Shown piece after piece: positions 39,901-48,814 of a stretch of 64,000 bases of DNA (the first letter of the stretch is position 1; each line of letters starts with the position of its first letter). The notes below the pieces were generated by a model. That model was not told where the DNA came from. It saw only the letters and a program-made list of their open reading frames with translations, and did not search any database. The DNA is from Giardia intestinalis (Eukaryota), in assembly GCA_000002435.2 (NCBI GenBank), contig CM018791.1; one strand, 5' to 3'. Both the position numbers and the translations under genes were made by a program.

Positions 39901-42900
39901 CTCCACCTGACTTAGCTCGACGTTTCTAAGAACATGCGAAAAAACAGTTGCTGTGGCCAGAAGATGCCTACTCCACAACAGGTTAAGGAGTAGAACAAGC
40001 AGGAAGAATGGCATAGGGAGAACGTCGGGGTATCCTTCCCAGATGCGAAGATCGGTGTCCTTCAGTAGATTTGAAACTTGTATTCGTGCTCCCTGGTCCA
40101 GATAAATAAAGATATCCTTCAGCGTCACAGACCGTGCAAAGTGCTCGGCCAGCGGGCCAAATTCAACGCTATCTAGTTCAATAAAGTCCGCTTCTATCGG
40201 GTCGATATCGTTTAAGTTCTTGCTTGGGCCATCTGGGTCATTGAATGCAGAGAAGTTAGCTGTTGAAAAGGTTGAAATACCCCCATAAGTTGTTGAAAAC
40301 ATAGCTGACCCCGGGCTCGCTGTCCCATCTCGCACAGAAAGACTAAGATCGTCTTTTGTCGTTACTCGTAGCGTAGAAGTGCCCACTGCACTGCCCACTG
40401 CACTTTGGTCTAGTACGCTCTTGGTTGCTACCTCAGAGGTGTTATTTTGAACTGACTTGGTTAAATTGTGTGCACTCCCAGTTGCGGATGGAGCCCTAGA
40501 CCGTAACTTTTTGCGAAGCGCACTGCCCGCGCGATCAGGTCGTCGCTTAGCAGCCTTTTGCTGCTGCTCTAAAATTTGCTGTGCGCGCTCCGCCTTTTCC
40601 TTGATGGTAAGGGTGCCCTTTCCTATGTATCCGCCTCCCGCCGGAACCATAAGCCCAATGAGACTGCATACAAGCCTCTCGGCCACAATGTTCTTGTCTG
40701 ACGAGACTGTGTTACAAATGGACTTGTCGCTATCTGCCTTCTTCTGCACCATTGCGGTTTCAAGAAGATGAATCAGAGGCCTAGAACAACCAAGTAACCC
40801 AGAATTTGTGAAGATCTGCGTGTTTTTGGGCAAAGTACTTCCATTAGCTCGCCACAACTTGATCAAGCGAACTGACTCCCTTGCAAACACCCGTGCGACA
40901 GAGAGTCTACAAGTAAGCGATAGCTTCGCCGTGTAAATTGGAAAGCTGTGGACTTTGTTCATGGGCGCACCATCTGAGGTAGAGAGAACGGTCTGAACAG
41001 TGGTGAAGAGTTTTGGGTTAGATTCTGAGATGAACGCTCCAAAGAGCTCTGCAGACGCTTGATTCAAGGCAAGAGGAATTCTGTACAGTTCTGAGAGAGT
41101 GGGAATGTATGCACCTACAACATGGCATCTTGCAGGAGTACAGGGTGACTGTATGCTGAAGAATGACTCGGGATCTTTCTCTAAGCTCTGGGGTACGTGT
41201 CCAAATGGAAAGACTGTGAACCCAGCATGCCTACTGGCCCACTTATCTTCATTCCTAGTTGACTTAGAGGTGTCCAAATCTTTTTGTGAGATAAAGGCAT
41301 GATCTACATGAGAGCTGACCTTCGTATAGTGGTGCTTCATCTCATGATCAATGGCAGAAGTTAGAATACCCACAAGATGGTGCATTGTTTTTATCTCAAC
41401 TTCTAAAGGATATGCAGGGTGTGGAAGCATTCTGACAGTTAGGGCCGCCGCAGAAATGACTGGAAGCTCGCTCACGCTGTGGTTTGCCAAGAGGCCCGAA
41501 TCCAGGTCGTCTACGTTCAGCTCATCGTTAAAGCAGGGCATGGATGGGTACGAAAGAAAGCACTTTGGCCTGTTTTTGGCTAAGTTGTAGATAACTTGTT
41601 GGATCTCCCTTGCCTTTCCTACATCATATGTATGCAGAAGTGACTCGTAAATGCACGATATAGCCTTTCTCTTAGCGCAAAGGTACTGAAGTTCGCGGGT
41701 TAGTACGTCGTACAGGATGCCCAGCCGATCTACAACCGTTTCCAGGGAGACGGAGTCTACTAGAGCTTTGTCTGCCTTCCCCAGATTTTCATACATGTAC
41801 TTGTTACCCAGCTTGGCTAGATTTGGAGAACTCTCTGGGTCCTTATTTTCATCTAAAAGGTACCGGTAGAAGCTGCTTCTCTTGAAGCAAAGCCGCAAGG
41901 CAGCTGTCTTCATGCGAGCAAAGACTCTGGAGATGTAGATGCTTATCGCAATGTGGTCATCACGCAGGATGGCAGCAACATCTGCTATTGCAGATTGGAA
42001 TACTAGCTTCTTACGACTAAGGGAGTACACGCCGTCCTCAGCAATCAGAAAGAGGTGATTGAGTGCACTATCGCTAAGCTTTTGCGGGATATCAGCTGTA
42101 TTCAGAGGTAGAGCGTCGTGTGCTGATGTCTGTAACGAGGCAGATGCAGATTCGCCTATAGCCATACTATCTTGAAGAGTCTGTGTCCTCTTGAGATAGA
42201 GGAGGCTGTACCAAAGTTTGTCCAGTGGTGAAATATAGCTTGGTAGACTGTCAGTATTGATCAAATCGTTATATGTGTACTCGCACTGCCCTGCTATACG
42301 ACAGGCTGCATCGCTCGTACCGGGGATGTTAGTGGGCGACCGGCAAATTACTTTTTCTCCAGCCGAACCACCTGAATTTCTTTGAGCCCCCAGCAGAGGG
42401 TCCTTAGCAAAGTTTGTGCTCGAATACTCAATGGGCTGTACATTCAAAATTACGTCTAGCTCTGTTTTTGCAGCACCATCTGGGGTCTCTTTCTCTGCTA
42501 ATTCAGCCTGCGATCTGCAATGTGATTGTGATACTCCTGGCTCCACATCCTCGTATTCAACGGGGGTCTTTCGCAGTTCTCGAAGAGGAGATCTTAGAGG
42601 AGACCTAGTCGTTTGTACTCCTAATGCTGTGGATGGGCGTGGTGGCAACACCCGTTTCGAGGACATGGCAGGACGCTGTGGAGACCTAGATGGACTGCAT
42701 GAGTCTTCGTGAGCATCCTTTGAATAAGTAATGTCGCTAACTCGTGAAAAGTCGCCTCCAAGAAAGTCAACTAATACGCGTGTATTAGCCAATATGGCAT
42801 GGATCTTTGTCATTTCTAACACCATGTCTGTCCACATCTTAGAGAGGGCAATGAACCGTATATAAGTCAGTGCTGTGTAGAGTATTTTGTACAAATACGA

Positions 42901-45426
42901 GTTTTCGCCATGCTCACAATCACTAGTAAGACAGTCCCATGCATCTATTCCTTTCTGTGCTTCGTCGCTGAGCAGACGAGCGCCTATGCTGGTCTTTTCA
43001 TTGGCGGAGCAGGTGGTGATAAGCCCAAGGACTATTGCACACAGCTTATCCAAAGACACTGAAACACTGGCTCCAGCAGTTGTGCAATATTTATGCGCAA
43101 TCCAGCCATTTGAACCGGACGAGTATGAACGTGCAGCATCCTTCCAAGCGTACATCACATTGCGATACTCTAGCCGATCCTTGTCATTCAGTAGAGTGCC
43201 TGGCAGACTATTGAGCTGTTCAACTTCAATCGGTGCACGAGGCTTTGAGGCATTTGGGTTGAGCAAGAACTTTTGAACCGAGTGAACAGAGGGACTGACG
43301 CGAAGAATGTCATCGTACACAAGCTCGGAGGACTGGAGACTCAGTATATTTAGTGAATCGTACAAGGACTGCTCTTGCTTAGACAGCCCGTCCGGATTGA
43401 GTCCAGACTTAGTGTTTATTCCATAAATGGATTGATTAAGACCATCGCCGCTGATGGAACTACTGGAGTCGCCTGTGTAGACTGCATATGGCGTAAGGTT
43501 ATCATACCCTGGGTCGGTATAGTATCGTCCCAGAGAGTCTCCCAGCGGTGGTTGATAAAGTTGGTCAAAGCTCCTATCGTCGTTGAGTAAGATGTAAATA
43601 TCATTATGTCGAGACTCCACAGATTGCCCCTGACCTGTTTTTGCGGAATCTAAGGCATCAGGTTCAAGTTCGTGGTCTACAGACTCGGGATTACCTCCAG
43701 CTGCACCTTCTGATCGAATCCCTTTGGAGAAGAAGTGAGGAAGCACGTTAGTTAGGTTACTAAATAATTCCTTAGAGAGATATAATAACTTTCCTGACAA
43801 AAGCTCTTTATCTGAGCTTCTGCCCTGCATGGACGTTGCAGAATCAATACTAGTTAGAATTTTTTGTATCAGTGCATCTGTATTGATCACAGTGCTCCGA
43901 GGAGCAGCTTTGTCAGTGGTAGAAACAGTCCCCTTGGATAGAGTGCTGGTGAAAAAGATGGACCAGTCTATTTCCTCTGTAATCCCCACCTCTTTGAGGT
44001 TGCCCAGAACCATCAGCGAGCTTACACACTCTTCAACAGTAAGTGGGAGGGTCGGGGGTGCTAGTTGCGTGAGATAAGGCAGAGTAGGCAGAGAGACCAT
44101 TCCAGGACGGATAGATGAGGATAGCGATTCGCAACTAGGTTTAAAGGTCAGTGCATTAATAATTGGAAGAGACATGTTGTGTGCTTTGAAGAGCTGCCTT
44201 GCTGATACGTATCTTATGAAGCTGCTGTCCACGCTAGCTGTGTCCTTCATGGTCCCTGCTCTTGTTGAGGAAGGGATAGTGGAAGGTTTGCTAAAGATAT
44301 TCTCTGTACCATTGGCTGAAACGAAGTTCTGGTGACTCATAGCGTGGGTGCTCGCGTCGTCCACGAAGGACAAGGATACGTCGTTAAATGTTCTGGCCTC
44401 TATCATTGCATCCAGTATTGTTAGCTCCTGGTGAACCAGCGAAGTATAGTCCAGTTGGGGAAGCATCTCGTCCAAAAAGCTGAGTGTCCAGACATGACGC
44501 CGAACAGAGGCCTTAACGTCTTCAGTGGTTATCCAGTGATCCACCCCCGCAAAGACCGCACTAATAGCGGTATTGAGACCCATGTTACCCACAGAGGCAC
44601 CATCAACGGCTGCTCGCTTCGTGCACGAAGCCAGATCGAAGGATACTGCGTTGGAGTCCAATCCCAAGACACGAAGCTCTGTCTTTAAGCGAGTAATAAT
44701 GGTATCTTTGCTCTCGAAGTTAACCTCTGATTCTAGGAAGCAAGAAAAGACCTTTGTGAGAAGATGATCTGGAAGAACAATGTGCGAATGGACAGCTAGA
44801 GAGACAAGCCTGGTCAATAAGTCAAGTGCGGCTTGCTTGTGTCGAGTAATCTCTGCCTGCAGGAGTGAGAGTCGACATAGATTCCGGGGGCTTGCAAACT
44901 GATTGGCTACGATGAGCTTGAACAGCAAGCTACGTTCTACATGCTTGAGTTGGGTATACGCAGCAAGATTATCTTGAATTAAAAAAGAGATGAAACTGGG
45001 TGAATCGTAGGCGCATGGCTGCCCGGCAGAAAGAGTTTGAGAGACCAGAATGTCTGCATATGAAGGGGTAGCAGGAGGCTTATTCCCCAACGTGTCATAC
45101 GCCCGAGCAAAGTAATTTGTCAAGAGTGCGTGGGAGTCCTCACCGTCCAGAAGATCACCGTTGGTGTACGGCAAGGATACACCGTAAAGCGCCCTGGCGA
45201 GAGTTTTGTCTACGTCACTCATATGCAGCAACGAGTCATGGGAGAATTCTGCAGAAGTTGCAGCAGCATTGGTGAGATTGTTATGCGGCCTGCGTGAAAT
45301 GTTGGCCAGAACACGTTCATCAGCAAGTTCATGTATGCGATATATGGAAGAGGTCAGAGACGAGTAAACAGTTTGTGAGTCACTCTTCACAGACCTAAGA
45401 ATCTCACTTATTAGCTCTGTGTCCAT
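33916..45426 (-). CDS. Giant hypothetical protein (3836 aa) encoded by a single uninterrupted 11.5-kb ORF; C-terminal coiled-coil region
   Basis: The ORF runs from ATG 45426 to the stop at 33916. No P-loop, kinase, BEACH or other catalytic motif was recognised by eye. The last ~350 aa are heptad-rich (LSVERESLAAEKQRLEQAINQIRRQ...). Confidence 0.75.
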   Translation of the reverse strand: MDTELISEILRSVKSDSQTVYSSLTSSIYRIHELADERVLANISRRPHNNLTNAAATSAEFSHDSLLHMSDVDKTLARALYGVSLPYTNGDLLDGEDSHALLTNYFARAYDTLGNKPPATPSYADILVSQTLSAGQPCAYDSPSFISFLIQDNLAAYTQLKHVERSLLFKLIVANQFASPRNLCRLSLLQAEITRHKQAALDLLTRLVSLAVHSHIVLPDHLLTKVFSCFLESEVNFESKDTIITRLKTELRVLGLDSNAVSFDLASCTKRAAVDGASVGNMGLNTAISAVFAGVDHWITTEDVKASVRRHVWTLSFLDEMLPQLDYTSLVHQELTILDAMIEARTFNDVSLSFVDDASTHAMSHQNFVSANGTENIFSKPSTIPSSTRAGTMKDTASVDSSFIRYVSARQLFKAHNMSLPIINALTFKPSCESLSSSIRPGMVSLPTLPYLTQLAPPTLPLTVEECVSSLMVLGNLKEVGITEEIDWSIFFTSTLSKGTVSTTDKAAPRSTVINTDALIQKILTSIDSATSMQGRSSDKELLSGKLLYLSKELFSNLTNVLPHFFSKGIRSEGAAGGNPESVDHELEPDALDSAKTGQGQSVESRHNDIYILLNDDRSFDQLYQPPLGDSLGRYYTDPGYDNLTPYAVYTGDSSSSISGDGLNQSIYGINTKSGLNPDGLSKQEQSLYDSLNILSLQSSELVYDDILRVSPSVHSVQKFLLNPNASKPRAPIEVEQLNSLPGTLLNDKDRLEYRNVMYAWKDAARSYSSGSNGWIAHKYCTTAGASVSVSLDKLCAIVLGLITTCSANEKTSIGARLLSDEAQKGIDAWDCLTSDCEHGENSYLYKILYTALTYIRFIALSKMWTDMVLEMTKIHAILANTRVLVDFLGGDFSRVSDITYSKDAHEDSCSPSRSPQRPAMSSKRVLPPRPSTALGVQTTRSPLRSPLRELRKTPVEYEDVEPGVSQSHCRSQAELAEKETPDGAAKTELDVILNVQPIEYSSTNFAKDPLLGAQRNSGGSAGEKVICRSPTNIPGTSDAACRIAGQCEYTYNDLINTDSLPSYISPLDKLWYSLLYLKRTQTLQDSMAIGESASASLQTSAHDALPLNTADIPQKLSDSALNHLFLIAEDGVYSLSRKKLVFQSAIADVAAILRDDHIAISIYISRVFARMKTAALRLCFKRSSFYRYLLDENKDPESSPNLAKLGNKYMYENLGKADKALVDSVSLETVVDRLGILYDVLTRELQYLCAKRKAISCIYESLLHTYDVGKAREIQQVIYNLAKNRPKCFLSYPSMPCFNDELNVDDLDSGLLANHSVSELPVISAAALTVRMLPHPAYPLEVEIKTMHHLVGILTSAIDHEMKHHYTKVSSHVDHAFISQKDLDTSKSTRNEDKWASRHAGFTVFPFGHVPQSLEKDPESFFSIQSPCTPARCHVVGAYIPTLSELYRIPLALNQASAELFGAFISESNPKLFTTVQTVLSTSDGAPMNKVHSFPIYTAKLSLTCRLSVARVFARESVRLIKLWRANGSTLPKNTQIFTNSGLLGCSRPLIHLLETAMVQKKADSDKSICNTVSSDKNIVAERLVCSLIGLMVPAGGGYIGKGTLTIKEKAERAQQILEQQQKAAKRRPDRAGSALRKKLRSRAPSATGSAHNLTKSVQNNTSEVATKSVLDQSAVGSAVGTSTLRVTTKDDLSLSVRDGTASPGSAMFSTTYGGISTFSTANFSAFNDPDGPSKNLNDIDPIEADFIELDSVEFGPLAEHFARSVTLKDIFIYLDQGARIQVSNLLKDTDLRIWEGYPDVLPMPFFLLVLLLNLLWSRHLLATATVFSHVLRNVELSQVEVFTGEVISRNCIPLFPRLVLASSFSATTARASKNVLANRSYTDFSVLKNTNMQSKMSEEIAAEAYNYKEYVSYDALLNNLPFLATIDVEAMHYLLTVNTESPIHLLTCLLSEDFDLGYGISTKMTTILGETLQEVLNSGNIKGVCDSPLISDFLQGVTGIFGRTAHTEVCLNSYRSAVIRNNQFSAVFAVMSKAVHGYYDAFARRRHLVNSLIAMDPVETQSAFMHKYKCMKVGLFFANSIPLVNATKDQVSFFVSSDRTVPLDLSNIYYVSSEETLSKIALLASAEFRYRTKQFHSDDPNPAALFAYRQALFYTCCQALLTETKRTAITAQIKGQLSALRSVLQEINQDKLTILLDSPPLYRGVLEQAPNMNSTEMILTAEGFLSNPFTIPHPITFQLESNQISILEIILVYLTCLDSVVQYAVIKTLLNSSDIWFAAGIINDELKFMPELQHVTVHLNKGHSLNVHLPSDGPLVRSGDHVNQGDQAKALSATDLFALLTPSCIYLEDKELQSMNCALTSVVHEYLSVISVKGYARPKDSKVIRDIKENSSYILPEEAINTGEKRQETVLVDREAITVQSKTRVMEMELEGTLENTQDDIYVLYDTAKRNLEYCKLDIFVKKLIEMKDRVDLLLLSTVAHATNSYVHKGLGLAARSFLRTAQILAVRYNYQLGMHGFNLEVHPTALYTKLATTALQRSMKENAGASPYTPFPGNSIDTVSRSSSELKLKHQCLEPYDVSLKTPFYYHNKMVRSAIEHPHTSIASYCTRNSNVVVTLDPEKHTETNGSKPSDQNIPDNDGEKKLNFTYPLQANIKRTADYQIGSVFSSHPTSSYAAGPTMSLMACMNIPVMDGISNFHSRFALTNAVARIQLYKIGISSSGLTNRLPLLLDPVVFHYISGSLSCGSQQASPLTIRPYIPSTIRAFTSFSYINTYNAPYSSPLHIRALANGFGINGSIGAYFPFGLCYDFTLLKQRKHSVLDTRASVACTANLSTDLDFGESAVPSPSSPQTDSEIFPGSLYLPAMITDQSASLLAGLTSLELDALCITELTRSSNKEREQPGYGAEVETDAGTNMAEGKSNSPSCDKSSWAGKKIESILASRIIEQDRLERLYLRLHGFNDNHKHSALLSPVGIFGVQRALQMMRIPFIKKLQETRQQEDELNKKRSVFDRSKGPTLVALKKRDMQTFLALPLFVYMSERTTDKVAVKADVQSFQECLFILRSVQTEVLCENIKCIAMRQLWRRIGYLENNLAGLNKYNALTDATIDFGSGASSLGSAYINFLSSIGEGVRLSQMANVLSRERSNAKASFGISSLKQIPPSIIVSMGLASGLVDTMPSDIISTSGFRDAGLSNSAALSAKIKATKALVDILETGIIEGGDAAIKQLKAKAVDSLDQAYLSFDDYSLMNMYIIRIMSGFINFTVSRLASKLKRELLGVQIRNPMSFLYTLSSVYTAAHANALSYTLDMPSYVSTSLLPKASATPPLSESTSSLEKERFSLELLLFRVENVTEKFNDLAVDVAGSMAAIESYFTDIIGKRTGALGLKLYKQNYRNIEAFHSRKHALREEITRRALASLNPVATAYTEELTTMTLECYNNVKSLHIKETCLRNALHAEMSRRILLLYDSILLAKRHRYLLLSRKQDTIHRAVLNTRKSYMTTLGYISKDFAQQNPASERATGAIGDDNLGEYDYDIIAKYDAMLKDLTEEWGNVRIRLHLERNFSNLYISHLRTKLSDLLSSIGDELSKYNKDIWIASARGKEIELTLGSRVHNLQAIIADKTSETTELRAQIDGLAAKRNRVESARHPEKMGDSDSNKSSLPGLDKAGTQLAVEGKGASIYGLAAKKFLPELSKAAVKGGIKLCTDAEVQLIQLKKLSVERESLAAEKQRLEQAINQIRRQSSVTENNLRRSIQKEKHAITTAETQCTEAMSRATATKASVSVLQQNAAYIEDEAAEQDRQRLLNDIDNAMQDVASMKEKIGNLTRAYPELFLQDM

Positions 45427-45492
45427 AGATTGCGAAACCTGCAGAGAACAGACTAGCGATCAGGAAGGCCCGGGATTTAAAATTTTAAAGCC
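45427..45492. promoter_or_regulatory. 66-bp divergent promoter between the giant gene and the CFAP20-domain gene (contains aaaattttaaag)
   Basis: Outward-facing ATGs at 45426 (minus) and 45493 (plus). Confidence 0.45.
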
Positions 45493-47370
45493 ATGTTCAA
45501 GCGGGCGTTCCAGGGAGGACCCTTCATTTCGCTGCTTGAAATAAAGGGCCAAGCACCTGCACAAGGATGGAACATGAAGAAGGCTACTATTGCCCGTAAT
45601 TACAACAAGGAGATGAAAACTTATGTTCTCGATGTTGACGGCCCCGTTGGCTCAAAGATTACAATGCCCGAGGCGCCCGAGAAACAAGTTCTTGGCATCA
45701 TACAACCGTTTCTCTTGATGCAATTATTTATTCCCAAAGACCAGATTTTCTCCTTGAACTTAGGTGTTGCCGATTGCTCCAAAAACAGAATTAGACTATA
45801 CTTTTCAACAGCTAATAAAGTAGTAAAGATAACCTCTCTCCATGCCAGGTTGCCACTGCACGCAGTCGCAGGTGCGTGGTCATGTCTCGTCTTCGATTTA
45901 ATGGAGATTACTCGCAGCTGCTTTCCGAATTCAGAATTTGCCAGTCTGAATTCTGTTGAGATAATGCCGTGCTGTACCTTACTGCGCGTTTTCACTGTCA
46001 AGACATGCCCTCTTCCCACCCTGGAGCTCTATTGTCCGAAAGACGAAGAAGACGCGCGCGCAAATCCGCGTATGCCAAAGCCCCGGTTTAGCCTTAGGCA
46101 GTATGCGCCTTTAGACAAGAAGGTGGAGATTGGGATTGATGTGCACGTACAGGTGTTGGATGAATTTTACCTCTCGCTCTTTCGTGAAAACAAGCCAAAT
46201 ACAGACCTTGCTGTACGGGACAGAGATACTCTCCTAGAGGCCCGCAAAGAATTCATCCCTGGTTATAGGGAAGCAGAAGAGAAGCCTCCTGAATCGGTCA
46301 AAATTGTAAAGAATGCACCACTAATTCAGATTGATGCAGGTGCCCATACCGCTGCCAAGACTGTGAGATCAGATCCTGATGCAACAGTATCTCCGAAAGA
46401 CTCTGATCCCGTCCCGGAACGGAAGTATAACGTTTTGGCTAGCGAATCCCACGATCAGCCTCCTACACATATTAAGCAAAGCACAGATGCCAGGGCAGCG
46501 AAGGGGCGCCAGGTGGCAAAGCCTTCTGGGACAGGCAGCATTAGAGCAGCTATAGAGTTCAATGCCAAGCAAGATGATAGCAGTGTGGCAGCTGCATCTA
46601 TTGGTCGTGAGAAGAGTCAAGATTTTGTGCGGCAAACCAGCAAAATACCAAAGATGAGTGCACAATGTGACACTACTAATAGCGTAATAGATCTGACTCT
46701 CAACGCCATCCCCGTTGTGCTAAATCCAGAGCAGTGTGGAAAGAGCGCAACTAGTGCAAATGGGGTCACCACTGATAGAGCTACTACGCCAGTTACACGG
46801 CTCAAGGGAGTGCGGGTTGGTCTTGTGGACGATGAAGTTCTCGGGAGCATGGTCGAGACCCAGAACTATGCTGTTCTGGGAGATGCAAATATGCCAACTG
46901 ATACCGCTGCTCCAGGCAGCAACAAAATGGATACCAGCAAAATGGCTAGGAGCATGGTCAATACCCTTGTAACTTCTAACCGGACAATACCACAGGATCT
47001 TATCGACACTGTCTATAGTGTCGCTACAAATGAAGGGCAGCCAGACTCTGAAGACATAGAGGATTATGACGGCGGAGTAGACGACCTTGGGGGGCAATTT
47101 ACAAATGCACACGCAAGTGTAGTTAACGATGATGCCAATGAAGGTGATAGCGACAGCTCCTACAGCTACTACTCAACGGACAATGATAATGATGACAATG
47201 ACGATATCCCTGATCCGGCCCCAGATGGGGAGACGCACTCTGCTGTGCCAGATCCAGCTACCAATCTCCGCCTTGCCAGTCAGCTATCTGGTGGAATAAG
47301 ATACGATGAAAACACAGGTGTATACTTAGAGATTGATGATTCCAATATCCCTGGGCCTATGGACGAATAG
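45493..47370 (+). CDS. CFAP20/DUF667-domain protein paralog (N-terminal ~190 aa BUG22-like fold) with a long acidic, D/N-rich C-terminal extension; CFAP20DC-like
   Basis: The N-terminus aligns along the whole CFAP20 (BUG22) domain: MFKRAFQGGPFISLL, LGIIQPFLLMQLFIP, RIRLYFSTANKVVKITSLHARLPLHAVAGAWSCLVFDLMEITRSCF, LLRVFTVKTCPLPTLELYCP. The tail has DNDNDDNDD runs. Confidence 0.7.
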   Translation: MFKRAFQGGPFISLLEIKGQAPAQGWNMKKATIARNYNKEMKTYVLDVDGPVGSKITMPEAPEKQVLGIIQPFLLMQLFIPKDQIFSLNLGVADCSKNRIRLYFSTANKVVKITSLHARLPLHAVAGAWSCLVFDLMEITRSCFPNSEFASLNSVEIMPCCTLLRVFTVKTCPLPTLELYCPKDEEDARANPRMPKPRFSLRQYAPLDKKVEIGIDVHVQVLDEFYLSLFRENKPNTDLAVRDRDTLLEARKEFIPGYREAEEKPPESVKIVKNAPLIQIDAGAHTAAKTVRSDPDATVSPKDSDPVPERKYNVLASESHDQPPTHIKQSTDARAAKGRQVAKPSGTGSIRAAIEFNAKQDDSSVAAASIGREKSQDFVRQTSKIPKMSAQCDTTNSVIDLTLNAIPVVLNPEQCGKSATSANGVTTDRATTPVTRLKGVRVGLVDDEVLGSMVETQNYAVLGDANMPTDTAAPGSNKMDTSKMARSMVNTLVTSNRTIPQDLIDTVYSVATNEGQPDSEDIEDYDGGVDDLGGQFTNAHASVVNDDANEGDSDSSYSYYSTDNDNDDNDDIPDPAPDGETHSAVPDPATNLRLASQLSGGIRYDENTGVYLEIDDSNIPGPMDE

Positions 47371-47662
47371 TCTGTGTTTCTGCTATCATAGATTGAAACT
47401 TAGACTTCTCCTTCCTATCACCTTTTGTCCTTCTGAGATGCATTAGTTAATATGAAACCCTAACATCCACTCTAGCACTCACGTGATATAAAAGACCTCA
47501 GCGAAAGGACCCTATCCTACTTTATGTCACTAAAACTGGTACAACCTCGACTCACCGGGGTTCTCCACGACACCAAAAGAGTAAACCTTCAGTCGACAGT
47601 TGACCCCACCAACGACCGACATCGCGGGAAAACAAAGATTCACTCCCAAGCTCGAGTTGGTC

Positions 47663-48814
47663 TTACCTTGCCTCTTCGAGTGTCACAGAAAGCTTAGACC
47701 CATCGATGTCCATATTGCTAAATGCTTCCATGAGAATCTTCCCGTTCTCCTCCGTGCAGAAGAACGATATCACAGAGGAATCGGGACGCCTGGGTCTCTG
47801 CAGGTGGGACTCCGCGATAGCCTTCAGAATACTTGCATGCTCATTCTCGTTGAGGCTTCCCTTAATGTCGTCGAAAGTGACACCACTGGGGACATTCGCG
47901 ACCTTCAGGAAGCTTGGAAGCCTCTTTCCATCAGCGGCGCGCTTCTTCGTGGAGCTCTGTTTGTCACCCTGAGCTCCCCTTCGAGATTGTGACCCTGACT
48001 GATCAGCCTTATCAGTTCCAGCCTTGTCCTTTGCGCGACCTGCCGCCTCACTGGGCTTCTTCTTCTTGTCGCTTGCAGCAGACCCATCGCCTGCAGAGTC
48101 TAACCTCTCGCGACGCTCCTGGGCACGCTTGCGACGCTCTTCTAAGTTGATAAACTTGATAGATGGGACGCGCTCAAAGTAGCCGTCAGCAAGGAGGCTG
48201 TTGAAGATCTTCTCAACGTCGGAAACCGGGACAACGACGGCCACCCTCGTGCCTCTCTGCGGCGCACGCCCCTCGACAAATCGAATAGCCATCATCGCGC
48301 ACCTGTCCTTCACCGATGCACCGCTGCCGTCCTTGAGGGCGTCCGCCTCGACCTTCTCGCGAATGGCATCCAACACCTGGTACTTTGCAGTGATTTTAAA
48401 CTTGTGATCCTTGGCTGGCGTGATCTTCGAGAACGTCTTGGTCAAGAAAGCGATGACCTTCTCTGAGTCTATGATTCCATCCGGTGCGGAGCTAACCACA
48501 AGGAGAGCGTTTTTGTCCGACTTGAGGTAGTCCGCGTTCTGCTCCTTGAACCTAGCGAAGAAAGCCTTGTTGCGCTCGACAAAGACCTGGCGCAGGACAA
48601 TCTGGTCTGGGGAAACTAGCTCAGCGTTAGAATGCTTCTCCTGAATGGCGGAGAAGAACTTATGGTACCCGCAAGGTATCTCAACACCCTTCTCAGTCTC
48701 GCGGACATTGGAGAGGAACTTTCGAGAAAAGAGCTCCCTGACATTCCCCGCGACCTCCTTTATGGAGGCCATAAACTCATCAGTGAGCTTCGCACCCTTA
48801 ACGATGATTGGCAT
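47663..48814 (-). CDS. Hypothetical protein with a Lys/Arg-rich disordered region and a C-terminal RRM-like domain
   Basis: 383 aa. C-terminal RNP-like elements (FLKVANVPSGVTFDDIK ... SSVISFFCTEENGKILMEAF). Central segment RRKRAQERRERLDSAGDGSAASDKKKKPSEAAGRAKDK. Confidence 0.45.
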   Translation of the reverse strand: MPIIVKGAKLTDEFMASIKEVAGNVRELFSRKFLSNVRETEKGVEIPCGYHKFFSAIQEKHSNAELVSPDQIVLRQVFVERNKAFFARFKEQNADYLKSDKNALLVVSSAPDGIIDSEKVIAFLTKTFSKITPAKDHKFKITAKYQVLDAIREKVEADALKDGSGASVKDRCAMMAIRFVEGRAPQRGTRVAVVVPVSDVEKIFNSLLADGYFERVPSIKFINLEERRKRAQERRERLDSAGDGSAASDKKKKPSEAAGRAKDKAGTDKADQSGSQSRRGAQGDKQSSTKKRAADGKRLPSFLKVANVPSGVTFDDIKGSLNENEHASILKAIAESHLQRPRRPDSSVISFFCTEENGKILMEAFSNMDIDGSKLSVTLEEAR

